DNA of 64,000 nucleotides from Chrysomallon squamiferum (GCA_012295275.1 CM022669.1:18414001-18478000), one strand, 5' to 3'; positions 29,313-43,736 are shown, numbered from the stretch's first letter. The notes: a model not told the origin generated them from the sequence alone. Numbers and translations: made by a program.

Positions 29313-30708
29313 GTAAGGAATGTAAATTGAGAAGAGAATTTCAAAGTACAAGATAACGATACTGTTTGGCTTTTTTATCATTAATTTTTTTTTTTTGTGT
29401 GTGTGTGTGTGATCGTGGTGTGTGTGTCTGTGTTTGTTTCGTTGTTGTTTTGACTCGTTTTTTTTTTTTTTTAGGAATCAAATGTTCCTCTCTGTGTGTG
29501 TCAGTTTACATTCACCGTGAAGTTTATTTCAAAGTGTTATTAATTTATAGTGGCAAGGAATTGCGTTCTTGTACAAGCCTGTATTAAGAGAAATCTTTTT
29601 CCGTTGTGAATCAGCGGATTATTTTCGTGTGAGGTTTTGACTGTGTGATACTCACAATAAAGTCTTACTTGTAGGTTTGTTTGTATAAAGTATTTACACA
29701 TAACTTCGTTGTGATAAACGATACTAGCAAATATCTAAATTTAGACGTGTAACTATGTAAATATGGTTTTGTCATCATGTGTGATAGTGTAGTTTTAATT
29801 ACGAAACAGATTATATATTTTAATAATGACATATGATATTTATATGTGCTATAATTACGTACCTTATATATAACAGAATATTTATAGCATATTTTTTATA
29901 TGATATATACATTACTTGTACACTTCTAAATTAATAATAAAATATGATTTCTTTAAATGGTATGGTTTTAGCTGGAATAACGTCGCTATAGATGAATATT
30001 TTATGAAAGAATTAGATTAGATTATAATATAATATATATATACTGTTTTATATAATGTTTTTGAATTATATAAATAAAAAAATAATTCTGTACTACGAAT
30101 TATACATACATCTCCTAATCATTTTACTTTCTGTTTTAAAACCAAGAAAAACAAAATGCCTGGGTTTACCAACACCCAACCATTCTAACATGATTCCTTC
30201 TCGCAATAAACAACATTTACCCCTCTCCCCGTCTCTTCACACATGAACAAGGGGTAATAAAAATGGCGTGGCTCTAACTCTCCGTCAGATCCTAGACTTT
30301 CTTCCGGTCATTACCGCGTTGGAAGTGACAAACATCGAGTAACATGCTCTCGCATACCTAACATACATCAAGGTTGTTTGAGGTTTTTTTTTTTTCGACA
30401 CACCTATAAACTTTACCCACATAAACCTGCCTCACTGGGCTGTTTAGCTCTGACCAGGTATGAAATGTTGCTGTTTTTATCTCTTTGCTAGTTAACGTTT
30501 CGTGTTGGAATGTTTTCGGTGACGAGCGAAGAAGCAGTTGTTGGGTTGTGTGTAAATAGGAGGAGACGTGTTAATTGGTGACTGGAGTGTTGTGTCTGGG
30601 ACGCGAAGGATAGCTGGATCGATCCTCGACAGATGAAAGTTCTGTTTTAACTTTTAAAAGAAAGAACGATTGTTAATATTCTGTAATATGTTCAGGTTTT
30701 ATTATTTA

Positions 30709-30761
<53 letters not shown>

Positions 30762-31289
30762 TCTTAATGAGGAAAGAAAACCCATCAAAAAAAAAAAACA
30801 AAAAATACAAACAAAATTTAAAATAACAACCAACAAAAGAAACAATTCACGATGAATTAAATATGAAATTAGCAACACGAATCTAAAACCAATGAACAAA
30901 TTAACAATTCAAACACGAAACAATCGTACGCTTACTAAAAGTCCAAGCACGCTTATCCTGGACATACAGTCTGTATTATTTCTCCAAGACAGTGTTATGG
31001 GTTATATATAGTACATTAAAAGATTATAATTTTATATCGTAAGTCAGTCAATAGTAAAATGAAACGTACTTAGATCTACTGAAGGTTCAAGCACGTTTGT
31101 CCTGGGAAAACAGTCTAGCGATAGTGTTAGTGCGTTAGTTAAACTGTTATGCGAATAGTTAAAGAGGAAAGACTGTAATATACGACTCAACAATTAGTTT
31201 TATTCTGTAACCGGTGACAGGTATTGAACTCAAAATCTACCAGTCTTAAAGACTGTTTGATTTTTCCGCTGGGAAACGAAAACCCATAC

Positions 31290-31369
31290 CTTCAGGACTA
31301 TTACGGTTGAGCCGTGTAACCAGCACAAAACTAACAGAAAGCTCTGCGGGTGCATCCAAGCCATCATTA
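31290..31369 (-). CDS. Candidate 80-nt exon; one frame reads MMAWMHPQSFLLVLCWLHGSTVIVLK
   Basis: Minus-strand acceptor TTTTTCTTTCGTTTGGCAG| and donor GAAG|GTATGG; two of three frames open. Confidence 0.22.
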
Positions 31370-31841
31370 CTGCCAAACGAAAGAAAAATGGCCCGAATGA
31401 CGACTACCCGTCGACATTTTCTTGTATTTCCGCTTCTAAAATTATATCCTAACTGAGTAACTACCAATTTTCTTCTTCTTTGCCTGTTTTTTTTTTTTTT
31501 TTTAAATGTTCAGACTTGTATCTCTTCTCCCGGAATTAATCGGTGACGACGTGTTTGACGCAGACGTCGTCGGGTGGTGTCGCATCTGGAACTAATGAGG
31601 TGTCATCCTCTGTTGACACTTTTAGTGTAAGTGATGTTTCTTTTGGCCCATGTAAGTAGCCCTATATTTCACCACGTTATCTAGCTCACAATAGAAATAG
31701 CCTCGGGCCATTTTTTTTTTTTTTTTTTTTTTCCCCCCCACCTCCGACAAACACATACACTTATATTTTTAACAATAACAAAACCCCTTGAACCGGATCT
31801 AAGCAATAAACAGTCACTTTTCCTACCCGATTACAACGAAG

Positions 31842-31868
31842 AGGTCAATAGGTCAATCGCTGGGGTCA
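31842..31868 (+). promoter_or_regulatory. Perfect nuclear-receptor DR2 element (AGGTCA-AT-AGGTCA) plus a third half-site
   Basis: AGGTCA 31842-31847 and 31850-31855; GGGTCA 31863-31868. Confidence 0.45.
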
Positions 31869-32205
31869 ACTGTAGTAACCCCAAAACAGTCGGTGTTGAA
31901 AAGAAAATTTGTCAGTGTGTCTATGTATACGTTATGGGTTATTATTCGCAGGCATAAACACCGGGGTTTGTGTGGACACGCCTGTAAGTATGTATTGGGA
32001 AAATGAATTGCTTGGAGCTGTTTGTATGCTGACAAAGGTGGGGTTTTTTTATATTTTTATGGTGGTGTGTGTATGTTGTGGAGAACAGTTGTCTGAAAGT
32101 GTTGTTGTGTCTGACAGTAAGTTGTTTATTAGCGCCACAGCGCGTGTGTGGAACGTGTAGTCTGGAGTTCACGGTACATTTCTGTTTGTCACAAGGGGAA
32201 GGAGA

Positions 32206-32430
32206 CCGAGAGAGAGAGAGAGACAGACAAACATACAGAGAGAGAGAGAGAGAGAGACAAACATACAGACAAACAGAGAGGGAGAGAGAGACAGACAAAC
32301 AGACAGACAAAGAGAGAGCGAGAGAGAGACAGACAAACAGACAAACAGAGAGGGAGAGAGAGACAGACAGACAGACAGAAAAAGAGAAATTGAGAGAAAA
32401 AGAGAGACCGAGAAAGAGATAGAAAGAGAA
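32206..32430. repeat. Compound (GA)n/(GACA)n/(CAAA) repeat with higher-order units
   Basis: GAGAGAGACAGACAAACA unit recurs about 5 times. Confidence 0.9.
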
Positions 32431-33399
32431 AATAGAGAATAAATTTTAAATAATATAAATAAATAAATTGGAATAAATATAAATAAATAAATAAATAAAA
32501 AAAAATAAAATAAAATAAAATAAATATAAAAACAATTAATAGAACTTCTACATTCCTTATGAAGTATGTTGTTACTATCTTTTTTTTAAAAGAAATTAAT
32601 AAACGTATAAAGTAACAAAATAATTATGTTCGGTGGATATATTAAGTTTGTAAATGATAATTAATATACGCTGTTTGTTGTTATAATTTTATATGCGTTG
32701 GACTGAACAGTCCTAATATTGTGAATATTTGTTTTAGTTTTTTTTGGGGGGGTTCTGGATTGTTTTTTTTTTTTTGTTCGTTTTCTTTTTTCACCTTGAC
32801 TGTTTTCATTTGTATATGAAAACAATTTCTTTTTTTTTTTTCTTATAGATAACTGTAAGCTTATTTTTATTTTTTTATATTGTACCGTATTTTATTTACT
32901 TTTGTATTAATTTAGTTAATTTTCTAATTATTACAACTAATGGTAGTTAAAATGAACAAAAATAAACCAGTATAAATAAATAAATAAATAAAACAAAACA
33001 AAATAAAATAAATGAATAAAACATTTTACAGTTATCTAACATTTAAAATAAAACTGCTATCAAAAACTGAAATTACCATCTTAAATCAAAACTGCAGTTT
33101 ATAATAATTACACATTAAATGTTATTATGCAAACTAGTAATTCTGTCATTATAAATATATTCACAGTCAAGGTTCTGGAATATATGTATACATTTCCTAA
33201 GAAAATGTTTCTGTATTAAAAGAATATTTATACAAAAGTAAACTTGAAGTTGTCTTGTACATTCCCAAACATTAAAAAAATATATAATAATAATAATAAT
33301 AATAAAATAAAAAAATAAATAAATAAAGTTATAAATAATAATTATGTATAACGGGATTTGATCCTGGAATCTATCAGTATCAAAGCTAATGATTTAACC

Positions 33400-33570
33400 A
33401 TCTCACGTAGCAATCACGTGAATCATGAGGCAATTAAGTTTTCCTTTTATTTCACAAGTTCACACTATATCGTCGCCATCTTCTCGCGAGATTTCTCGAG
33501 ATTGTATCTCAGTCTTCAACCGCATGTGACGTCACGAACAAATCGCGTGCGATCGCCAAAAACAGATATT
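33400..33570. promoter_or_regulatory. Core-promoter-like motif cluster (E-box, YY1, TCTCGCGAGA, CRE)
   Basis: TCACGTGA 33414-33421, CGCCATCTT 33474-33482, TCTCGCGAGA 33482-33491, TGACGTCA 33527-33534, all within 120 bp. Confidence 0.55.
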
Positions 33571-34399
33571 CAGCGATCGATGAATTTCTAATAATTATTC
33601 TTTGATGATGAATCCTCGTCAAATTTGACAGGATTATTAAGAGGAATCTATTTTCAAAGCTTTCGCTTTTATTTTAACTCTTTGACGGAAACACGCGATT
33701 CTCGAAATTTTGGTACCATGAACGTCCGTGGAAAACGAAAGCCATAATTTGGTGTCGTGTGATTTTCTCACGACATTTCTGGATTGATTAGATATTTAAA
33801 CATCAAGGCCAGTGTTTCTCCTTTTTAATTTAAGAATAAAATAGTTTCTTTTACAGCTAGTTGTTTTTGTGCTGCAAGGAAAGTTAGAGAAAAAAAAAAA
33901 AAAAAAGAAGAAGCTTGATTAGAAGGAAGTGACGTAATAAAAGTGAGAATTATGACGTGTAATATGAGAGTTATGTGTTAGCAGGTTCCTAAATGAAAGA
34001 GTGCATGAGATAATTAAATGTTATAAAATAAGAAGTTACATTTTTTTTTAACAAATAAATAAATAAAATGAATGAATGAATGAATGAATGAATGAATGAA
34101 TGAATAATAATAATAAGAAGAAGAAGAAGAAGAAGAAAGAAGAAAAAAAATTATAATAAGACGTTTTAATAATCAAATAAAACAACAATCTTTTGTTTTT
34201 ATTTATCATTTATTAAAATATTTTATTCAATTCATCTACATAACTAATTTCAAAAAACAAAGAAAAGAAAAGAAAAGAAATAGAGAGAAAAGGAAAAAAG
34301 AAAACAGAAGAAAAAAAAAAAAAAGAAAGGAAAAGCAGAAAAGAAAGGGCAAACCCTCTAAATTATTATTTCATAACGAATTATGACGAAGAGGTGTGG

Positions 34400-34700
34400 A
34401 ACACAATGGCGGCCATTTCCCATAGAGTCTCGCTTCAGCGCCATATCAGTGTCGTCTGCTCGCCCAACGTGTAATTATTCTGACCAATCGCATCAGGCAG
34501 ACGTCAACGTTCATCAGGCGCTAACTGGACGTCAATGACTGATGGTCCAGTGAACACTGGGCAGCTATCTGGTCATTACTTTGACCAGTGGTCATTACGA
34601 TCACGTGATAATTCGCTGGTAATTGGTGCAAACAGACCGCCTGGGTTTTGTCGATTGGTCTTGGCAGGAGGTCAAACCGGAAGTCGCTAAGTTTTTCTTC
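34400..34700. promoter_or_regulatory. Second promoter/enhancer-like motif cluster
   Basis: AATGGCGGCCATT 34405-34417 (two opposed YY1 cores), CCAAT/ATTGG at 34484, 34622 and 34654, TCACGTGA 34601, CCGGAAGT 34677, GGTCA/TGACC half-sites 34571-34594. Confidence 0.5.
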
Positions 34701-36981
34701 TTCTTCTTCTCTTCTCCGTAATTTTCCATCTGTCTCGTAATTTGTTTGCTTGATGTATTACTGACGCTAAATTCGGTGGCAGTTTCCGACGATTCCCAGG
34801 AGTTGAAGTTTTGAGGAATTTCATTGCCAGTGTTTGACTATCGCTTAATAAAAAGTGTCAGCCGAACCTCTCCCATTGAAAATCTGTTCGACTGTCATTC
34901 AACAGTTCATCCTGAATTTCTTTAATCTGTCTTAAGAGAGACTCAAAATGCTTTCCTCGTAAATTTGTACGAAATTTATACTGTCGGAATTAAGTAACGA
35001 CGTCACATTCTTCCTAAAATAGCTCATCGGAATCAAAAAGTGAAAATGCAAATTTTTGAAATTTGACGTCTGAACAGAAAGGTGTTTACACATTTTTGTC
35101 TGTCGCAAAAAATACTCACAAAATGATTTAAAACGATTATATTTCAGTGTTCTCAAATGTTAACAACAAATTAAAAACTTATGGTAATTAAAAGATTTAC
35201 AATAAATTTGGGGAACTTATAAATTATTCAGTTTTTTTGTTTGTTTTGTTTTTTAAATTCGGTCGAAATATTCAATAACAGAATAAATAGCCACTTTTAA
35301 TTATTCTTCTGAAATGAATTCATCCGTGTTAAATTATCTCAGTTTATTATTTTTGGTATGAACGATATGGCTTTTGTTTTAGTATTTTATTATTGTTATA
35401 AATTTGTTAGCATTGGTATTTATTCATATATTTTTACATATTAGATCAAATCGTTTCTGTGGATCAATACATCACTTATACACACACAGAAATACAGATA
35501 TACAGGTACACACACATACACACACACATACACACACAAAAACCCACATAAATACAATTACACATACAAAACAACATACACATACGCACACAAATAATTA
35601 TTAATTATTAATGAAATTCAGAACTGGAGATAACGAAATCAAACTGAATTTAAATAAAAATATTTATTTGTTGTATTATTTTTATTATTTTTGTTGTTGT
35701 TTAAAGACAGAAATTAATTTTATTGTTTTCTATAAAGCATTCTAGTGTCTGAAACCCACGATAGCAGATATTTATTTTGAACGAAAAATTAAGAATAATA
35801 AATTTCTAAATTCCTGAAGGGACAATAAAACAGATTTGCCTGTTTTGCTTCACAATCCACGGATGGACGGAAAGGTGTCAGCTCACTGGTGTCACTTAAC
35901 ACCGTCATCGTCATCATGTCACCCGTTTGAGTTACGTCTCAGATCGCTCTTAAAACTCCTACACAAAATTAAAAATTTGTCAACAGCAGCAGCCAATAAA
36001 TCACCGTGACTCGCTACAGGGTAATCAACAAGACGTTTGGGTAATCGTCTTCCGTGATTTAATCGGCGTTATTTCTCGACTCCGAGCGATTGCAAGATCT
36101 CGACCAGGCTCTTCTCAACAAGACACGGCAATCATGTTAACGTAGCACCTGTCGGAAGCCCATAATGAAAATTTTTCAATGAATTTTTGGCTTCATTCTT
36201 CGCTGAAAAACTACTTGAAAAATAACAACGGGGCGGTGATGGGCGCTGGGAAAAGAGAAACAGTGGAACGACGGCGATTACGTTTCTACGATTGACGGCG
36301 GCTCGGACAAGCGTTGACTACGACCACGTCACCGATAATGGAGAAGACAAGCACTTGGGAGCGTCTTCATAAACAAATCAGCTGTGAACGTTAATCAAAC
36401 AATGGGCTCTGTTTTGGGGAGGTTTTATTGCTTTTTGTTTTCTTTCTTTCTCTCTTCTTCTCCTTCTTCTTTTCATTCAGCACTCGTACAGGTTAGCCGG
36501 CGAGAATAAACATTTCAACAGGGAGAAGAAGAATTAACGGCAATGAAAAGAAAGACGACTTCTAGCCGAGACAAAATTAAAATTCTCACAGGTATGCAAC
36601 CGGGATTACAAAAGCATCCAGCGGCATGGACAAAAAAACTCCTTTGTGCCGCCAAGTCGAGCACTGATGTAAAGGTTATTAACGCGATCCTCTTCAAAAA
36701 TTAGGACCATAAGGAGAGTGGGAGACGTCGTCTGAGAGAGCAGATCGCGATGGACTGATAAGCTGCGCTGGTGTACGAGACCGACTTGAAATGATGATGT
36801 TTTTACAATCCCCTCTATCAGCCATTGTTGAAGTTTTCTATGCGATGTGTTCACCCTGCTTGATGAAAAAAAAAAAAAAAAAAAAAGAAGAAGAAGAAAA
36901 AAGACGAAATGGGTAAAGAAAACTTGCAGTCATGTGTTCAGCAATGAAAAGAAATTTCTGTAAATAGCTTGAGAAAACTGT

Positions 36982-37094
<113 letters not shown>

Positions 37095-37218
37095 TTGTAG
37101 GTTATATAGTTTTATTTAATAAATACTGAGTTAGTTCATTTTCTGAAACTTATGTTAGATGATATTTTGTTAATTGATAAATTCGTTTTAAAGATTGAAA
37201 TATTCGCTATTCTTTATA

Positions 37219-37539
37219 CAGATCTCACAAAGCAAATGTCTATTTTGTTCTACGTTCAGATCTCACAAAGTAAAATGTCTATTTTGTTCTACGTTCAGAT
37301 CTCACAAAATAAAATATCCGTTTTGTTCTACGTTCAGATCTCACAAAATAAAATATCCGTTTTGTTCTACGTCCAGATCTCACAAAATAAAACGTCTGTT
37401 TTGCTCTACGTTCAGATCTCACAAAGTAAAACGTCTGTTTTGCTCTACGTTCAGATCTCACAAAGTAAAATGTCTGTTTTGTTCTACGTCCAGATCTCAC
37501 AAAATAAAACGTCTGTTTTGCTCTACGTTCAGATCTCAC
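37219..37539. repeat. 39-bp minisatellite, ~8.3 copies (CAGATCTCACAAA(A/G)TAAAA(C/T)GTCTGTTTTG(T/C)TCTACGT(T/C))
   Basis: CAGATCTCAC at 37219, 37257, 37296, 37335, 37374, 37413, 37452, 37491 and 37530. Confidence 0.98.
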
Positions 37540-39773
37540 GGGGTTATCAACTGCCGTAAGTTCGGATTTCACTATCTTATTGTCTGTCTAAGTTCAGGTT
37601 TTTTTTTTTTACAAAGTGGTTGTGTGGCCTATAGGTTCAAATCGCACGCGCCCTATATCGCGTGCCTGGCCCATGCCGCGCAAAACACATCTTGGTGTCG
37701 AAGGTCGAGTGATAGGTGACAACTTGTTTAGAGCAAAGTTGAAAAAGTCATGGCGTATCTCGAGTGATAATAATCCTTTTGAACTCAAGGGTCAACAGTT
37801 CTTATCCTTGTTTTCTTTTTTAAAGAGAGAAAAAATAAAAATGAAGAAAGAAAGAATTTAAGGGTTAAGTCTGAAAAAAATGATATCGTTGACACATTTG
37901 ACCCGCGAACGTTTAAGTTGATTTTTGAGCATCAGTTAGGAATTAAATAATAAATGTTTAAAGTTTAGTTTGTTTTGTGGAAAATAATAATAATAATAAT
38001 GATGATAATAATAATAATAGTAATAATAATAATAATAATAAAAATAATAATAATAATAACAGTGATGATGATGATAATAGTAATAATAATATAATAATAA
38101 TCATAATCATAATAATAATAAAGGAATAAATAACTAACTAAATAAATAAATAAAACAGAATAAGGCATAATAAAATTAAAAAAAAAAAAATACAGTTTAA
38201 TTAAAGAAAAAATAATGGATCGCTTAAGAAATAATTAATTTTTGATTTAATTAATCATTCTTCTTCTTTCTTTAATCTTTTTTTTAAATAATCATTTAAT
38301 ATTTGACTGCTTATCGCATATTTTTTTTTTAATCTTTTTTTTTGTTTCATTTTCTTTCCTCTTCTTTTTAATCATGCGGTCCGTTATTTCTTGATCTTGC
38401 TGCTCTGTGGGATGTTTAATGGGTCCGCCAAGACCAGAGTGCTTCGCGCGGTGGCAGAGGTGACCACGAAATACCGTCAAGGTTCACAAACGGCGTGAGG
38501 GACGCTCTTTACTTAATGGACCTAATCCCCAAGGGTTAAACATTCAAATGGTCCTAAAACAATTTTCTAATTTATCTCTTTGCATAGGCGTAGGTAGTTC
38601 AGTCAACCGTATCGGCACCAGATGTGGTTGTGTTTTCACAAAAGGAAAAGATATTTGTTTCTGAGGCCGTCGCAGAAAATTTTGAAAATGCGTGCGGCAA
38701 TTAGGTGGAATTTTGTGCAGAAACACATTAGTGTTGTTCAGTTTAAATTTGTGTAATTCGTTTTCTGTTGTCTGAGAATGACTCACGAAGAGAAGTTTAC
38801 ACTACATAACGTACTTAAACAATTAGAAAAAAAACAACAACAACTAAAGTCTTAGTTTTATTACTAAGTCTTGTGTCGGAACATGTACGGAGATAAATAT
38901 TTTATTGGTTTTGAAGATTCCTTGATTTTGAAACTTGGAATACGTGTTTATTTTATTTTTTATTTTTCCTTCTTCTTCTTCTTGTTTTTCTTCTCATTTT
39001 TATTTATTTATTTTATTTATTTATTTATTTACTTATTTATTTATTTATTCTAATTTTTATTTTTTTATTTTTTAATTTATTCATTCATTCGTTCATTCTT
39101 TCATTTATCTAATTTTATTTATTTATTCATAAACTTATTCATTTATTTTTTATTTATTTTTTATTTATTGAGGATTATTTGTTTATGAGTGCGTGTTAAT
39201 TAATAAATATATAAATAAACAAAGGGAAAAAATAAATAAATAAAAAACAAATATATTATTGTCCTAACTGAAACAGATTAGAACATAAGTGTAGTTTTAT
39301 TAGGAAAGAAAGAGCTTAAAGTAATTTGTGTGTCTGAATGTAATATATGTATATATGTATGTATCAGGTGTATATATAGATAGATACATGTATATGCGTA
39401 TATGTATGTTTATGTTATCATTGTAAACCGTCCTTGTCAAGTAACAGAACACAGTTCAACTGAGATAAACACAAATCCTGTATCTCTCACATCATTTTAT
39501 TACCTAGATGTCAAAAGATTATTTTCCTTTTGATAAACTACCCCTTTTCATTTCCCACGTGCAAATAGACGGATGAATGGAGTGTAACTCGATAATCTTT
39601 TTTATTTTTATTTTTATTATTTTTTTTTAATCTGGTGCCATCTCTATCAGAAAAATCGTCTGACCCCAAAACTGTGCGTAGGTAATAAAAAAAAATAATA
39701 ATAATAATAAAAAATAATAATAGAGAGATAGAGATCTGCTCTAGCGGGCTTTATTCTATTTCACCTATTTTCT

Positions 39774-39788
39774 AGGTCACCGTGACCC
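39774..39788. promoter_or_regulatory. Consensus IR3 (ERE-type) palindrome AGGTCA-CCG-TGACCC
   Basis: Exact match to RGGTCAnnnTGACCY. Confidence 0.45.
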
Positions 39789-40325
39789 GTGTATACATAG
39801 GGGTAATCATTTACATGTCGGGTATGACAATGTAATCTTTTTTATTTAATTTCATTTCATCTTTTTTTTTGTTTTTTTTTTTTCTCGTGTCTGTTTCAGC
39901 AGCGACTGTGACGATGTCGGTCAAGTTTCACGAGTTTTGTTTTCTTAGCGAGACGTGGACCTGGTCCGCTTCTGTTGTTTTTTTGTTGTTGTTTTGTTTT
40001 TTTATTCGAGTTGAAATTTTATAAAGAATTTTTAGTTTTCAAAACTGATTATTTGTTAGTGGGAGTTTTATGTACATCAATAGTAGTATACTGTATTTTT
40101 TTAAATCGTCAGTACTAAAATTATATATATATATATATACATATTTTTTTTTTTTTTTTTTTTTATTTACTACTTTACTTATGTTTTATTTTTTTATTTT
40201 ATTTTTTAATTTAATTTAATTTAATTTTATTTTTATTTTTTTATTTTTATTTTATTTTATTTATTAAATATATTTATTTTATTTAATTAGTTTGTTATCT
40301 GTGTTTTTTTTTATTGTTGTTGTTG

Positions 40326-40368
<43 letters not shown>

Positions 40369-41237
40369 TGAAACGAAGAAAAGAAAGAAGTAAAGAAGAA
40401 TTAAAAAAAAACAAAAAAAAACGAACAATGAAAGAAGAAAATATTTGATTCTGTGACTGGCTTCAACACACACAACTAAAACCTTCCAAAAGAATTAAAT
40501 TTAAAATCAAAAAGAAAAAAAACAAAAAAAAAAAAAAATTAAAATTAAAATCAAAAAAAAAAAAAAAATTATATATTAAATTAAAAAAAAACAAAATTAA
40601 TAAAAACTGCTCCATTTGACGAAATAACCAGTGGCCAGAAAACTTAAAATGGACGCGTTTCCAATTTCCCTCTTACTGGTAACCCCCCTGCCCTTCCGCC
40701 ATACTGAAGCACGCGCTCGCGGCCAGACGACAATTTAATAATGATATTTGGCTGGGTCGACATACTGACCACCTAGGGCGAAATATCATTCTCGTTGACC
40801 CCCGGGTGATAATGTCCTAGCCTTCTGTTCGCACATATACGACTTCTCTCGACCAAATAGGTTTTCTATCACCGAAAACATTTATTGTCTGAAAGAAAAA
40901 AAAACAGACAAAAAAAACATGTGATTCGCTAGCTACAGCGTTTTTGTTCTCGATCACAAATTACTTTGTCATTGCCACGCGATGTTCCTGTCACGGGTTT
41001 TTTTGACATGCTTGCGGCGATAAAAAACGCAGATCTACATTCTGTTCGTACAAGACGAAAATTGATTTTTTATTATTATCTTTTTTATTATTATTTTTTT
41101 TGTATTCATCACGCGACAGATTTTCTCGTTCACGCTACTAATATGCCCCGTTTAAAAGCCGGGTTAATTCCGCTACGGTGTATGTACGGGGTAGTGTGTG
41201 TGTGTGTGTGGTGGGGGGAGTTCATAAAACAATTAAT

Positions 41238-41268
<31 letters not shown>

Positions 41269-41768
41269 TTTTGGTGTACAGACCATGTGTGCTGTTTAAT
41301 CTGCCCGTCCATGTAGAAAAATATGCCGTCAACTTTAAATCCCTCTTCAGTAGTTTCTGACATGTCTTGTTTAGACCTCAGAAAAGACCATTTAATCCCG
41401 ATTTTTGCTCTTCTCTTTCTGCTTGACCGCTCGTTAAAGACACAAACTGGAAACGAAAAGGATAGCGAAGGAAAATACATCATTAAAAATTGCCCTCTGA
41501 GAGAGACATCCACTTCAAAACTTATAACTGGTCGTTGTCTCAATACCGCGATTTGCCACAAAGACTTTTGGGCCTTGGGCTGGTCATCGTGTATAATGAG
41601 CGAACGTCAAAGGTCGCTGTAGCCCCCGGAAAGTGCCGCCATGTTTTCACTATCCCGAGGCCATGTTAAACGAAAACTCGGCAATAAAATGGATTCGGTT
41701 GGAACAACTTTACGACATAGATCTTACATTTCTTTTCTTCTCTCTTTCTTTCTTTCATTCTTTTTCTT

Positions 41769-41808
<40 letters not shown>

Positions 41809-41955
41809 CTTTCAGAACATGAAAAGAAATTTATTTAGTATTGCAAGTCGTTTAAGCGACAGCCATAATGACTCAGTAATAAAACGAGACATTAAATCAC
41901 AGGCCAGACCAGTCGATACTTTTCATTTACTTTTGCTCTACTCGAAATGGTCATA

Positions 41956-42143
41956 ATGCCGTGATTAGTACGTATTTACATGACACTTTTAAATCTAATT
42001 ACCCGAAAGAAACGACATCTCGTCCATCTGTCAGAACACGCTGAATGTTTTGTCAAACTGTTAAATGAGGAAATTATTTCAACTGATGTGTTGTTACAAG
42101 TCGTACCCTTTCCTATAAAAATGTAATGTCCGCAGATCAAACG
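41956..42143 (+). repeat. Dispersed duplicated segment, copy 2 (188 bp)
   Basis: Direct copy of 19530-19730 lacking GTTGCGTCCGCTC. Confidence 0.97.
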
Positions 42144-42582
42144 GGCAGCTTTTAGATCGGTTTAATGTCAGATTTTCAACACACATTTAGTGTTGTTGTT
42201 ATTGTTATTATTATTATTATGATTATTATTATTCATTCATTCATTCATTCATTTGTTATAAATTAAAAGGTTAAAAAATTAAATAAAATTATACATATAT
42301 ATTTTATTTATTTATTTATTTATTAAAAATGCTGTTGAATTGTTTGAAGGCAAACATTTCAGAAATCAAAATATTTCTCTTTTTCAAGTATGTTTTGAAT
42401 TAATTTAATTATGATAATATTTAATATTACACATAAATAAAAATTATATATGTTTTAGTTAAAGTGACTTTCCTATACATACAATAATCCACTGAAAGTA
42501 GACTAACACACGAAACAGAGATCAATTTTTTTTTGTTTTCCTAACTCATGTTTTAAATATCTGATAAAAAAAATATAAAATA

Positions 42583-42613
<31 letters not shown>

Positions 42614-42626
42614 AATAATAAATGCA

Positions 42627-42697
42627 GTATAATATAATATAATATAATATAATATAATATAATATAATATAATATAATATAATATAATATAATATAA
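42627..42697. repeat. (AATAT)n pentanucleotide microsatellite
   Basis: Direct reading. Confidence 0.97.
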
Positions 42698-42775
42698 TAA
42701 ATTATAAAATTTAAAAAAAAAAAAAAGAAAGAAATCCGAATTTGTAATGAACACTTGGATGTACATAACAATAAT

Positions 42776-42830
<55 letters not shown>

Positions 42831-43621
42831 ATTATTATTATCTTATTTTATTGTCATTATGAGTCAATTATTAGAAAATATAAATTGCTGTTAGCATTTT
42901 ATACCATCACTTTATATTTAAATAATTTTTATATTAACATTAATACAAAAATCTTTAACATCAATGATTTATCTTTTTATAATAATAATAATGATGACTC
43001 TACACCAATAACATTATAATTAATATTAATAAACAAACAAACAAATAAATAAATAGACAAACAAACAAACAAACAAATTAATAAATTAATACGTAAATAA
43101 ATAAATAAACAAACAAATTAATAAATTAATACGTAAATAGATAATAAAATAAAAAATAAATAATAAACAAATAAATAAATAAATAAATAAATAATAAACA
43201 AACAAATAAATAAATAAATCCACTTATCTGGTTTGATCCTAGATCCTACAGAATAAAACTCCGAGCCTTACAAACGAATGATAAACTGAACTTCTGCGTC
43301 TTCATCTGAGTACGTTTTGCGTGATCGCTGTCATTAGAGGACTATGAAATTTATATCAGATGACACGAACGTGACATCAAAATTAATCTTAAAGCGTGTT
43401 TCTCCTCTTCATCAGTTTACAGTATAATAATCAGTCAGTACAAAGAGGTAGAGAATATATTTATTTTTTAAATTATTTTATGGAGGGTATTTTTTTTATT
43501 TTTTTGTCTAAGTGAATGTATAAGTGCAGTTAATACAACTGTAACTATTGTAATATTTTTCAAAGCCATCTTCAGGTTTCACTGACATTTTCTCATATTC
43601 TTGTGTGTGTTTTGAAGGCAG

Positions 43622-43736
<115 letters not shown>

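Noticed and set aside
36230-36372. GC-rich, coding-looking stretch
   Set aside because: Plus-strand frames are interrupted by stops within ~20-30 codons and there are no convincing splice sites
37219-37539. 39-bp array as a CRISPR array or repeat protein
   Set aside because: Units are contiguous with no unique spacers, there are no cas genes, the context is eukaryotic, and no single frame is favoured
42734-42745. ATCCGAATTTGT matching the miR-10 3' end
   Set aside because: The 5' seed is missing and it sits in an A-rich tract without a hairpin
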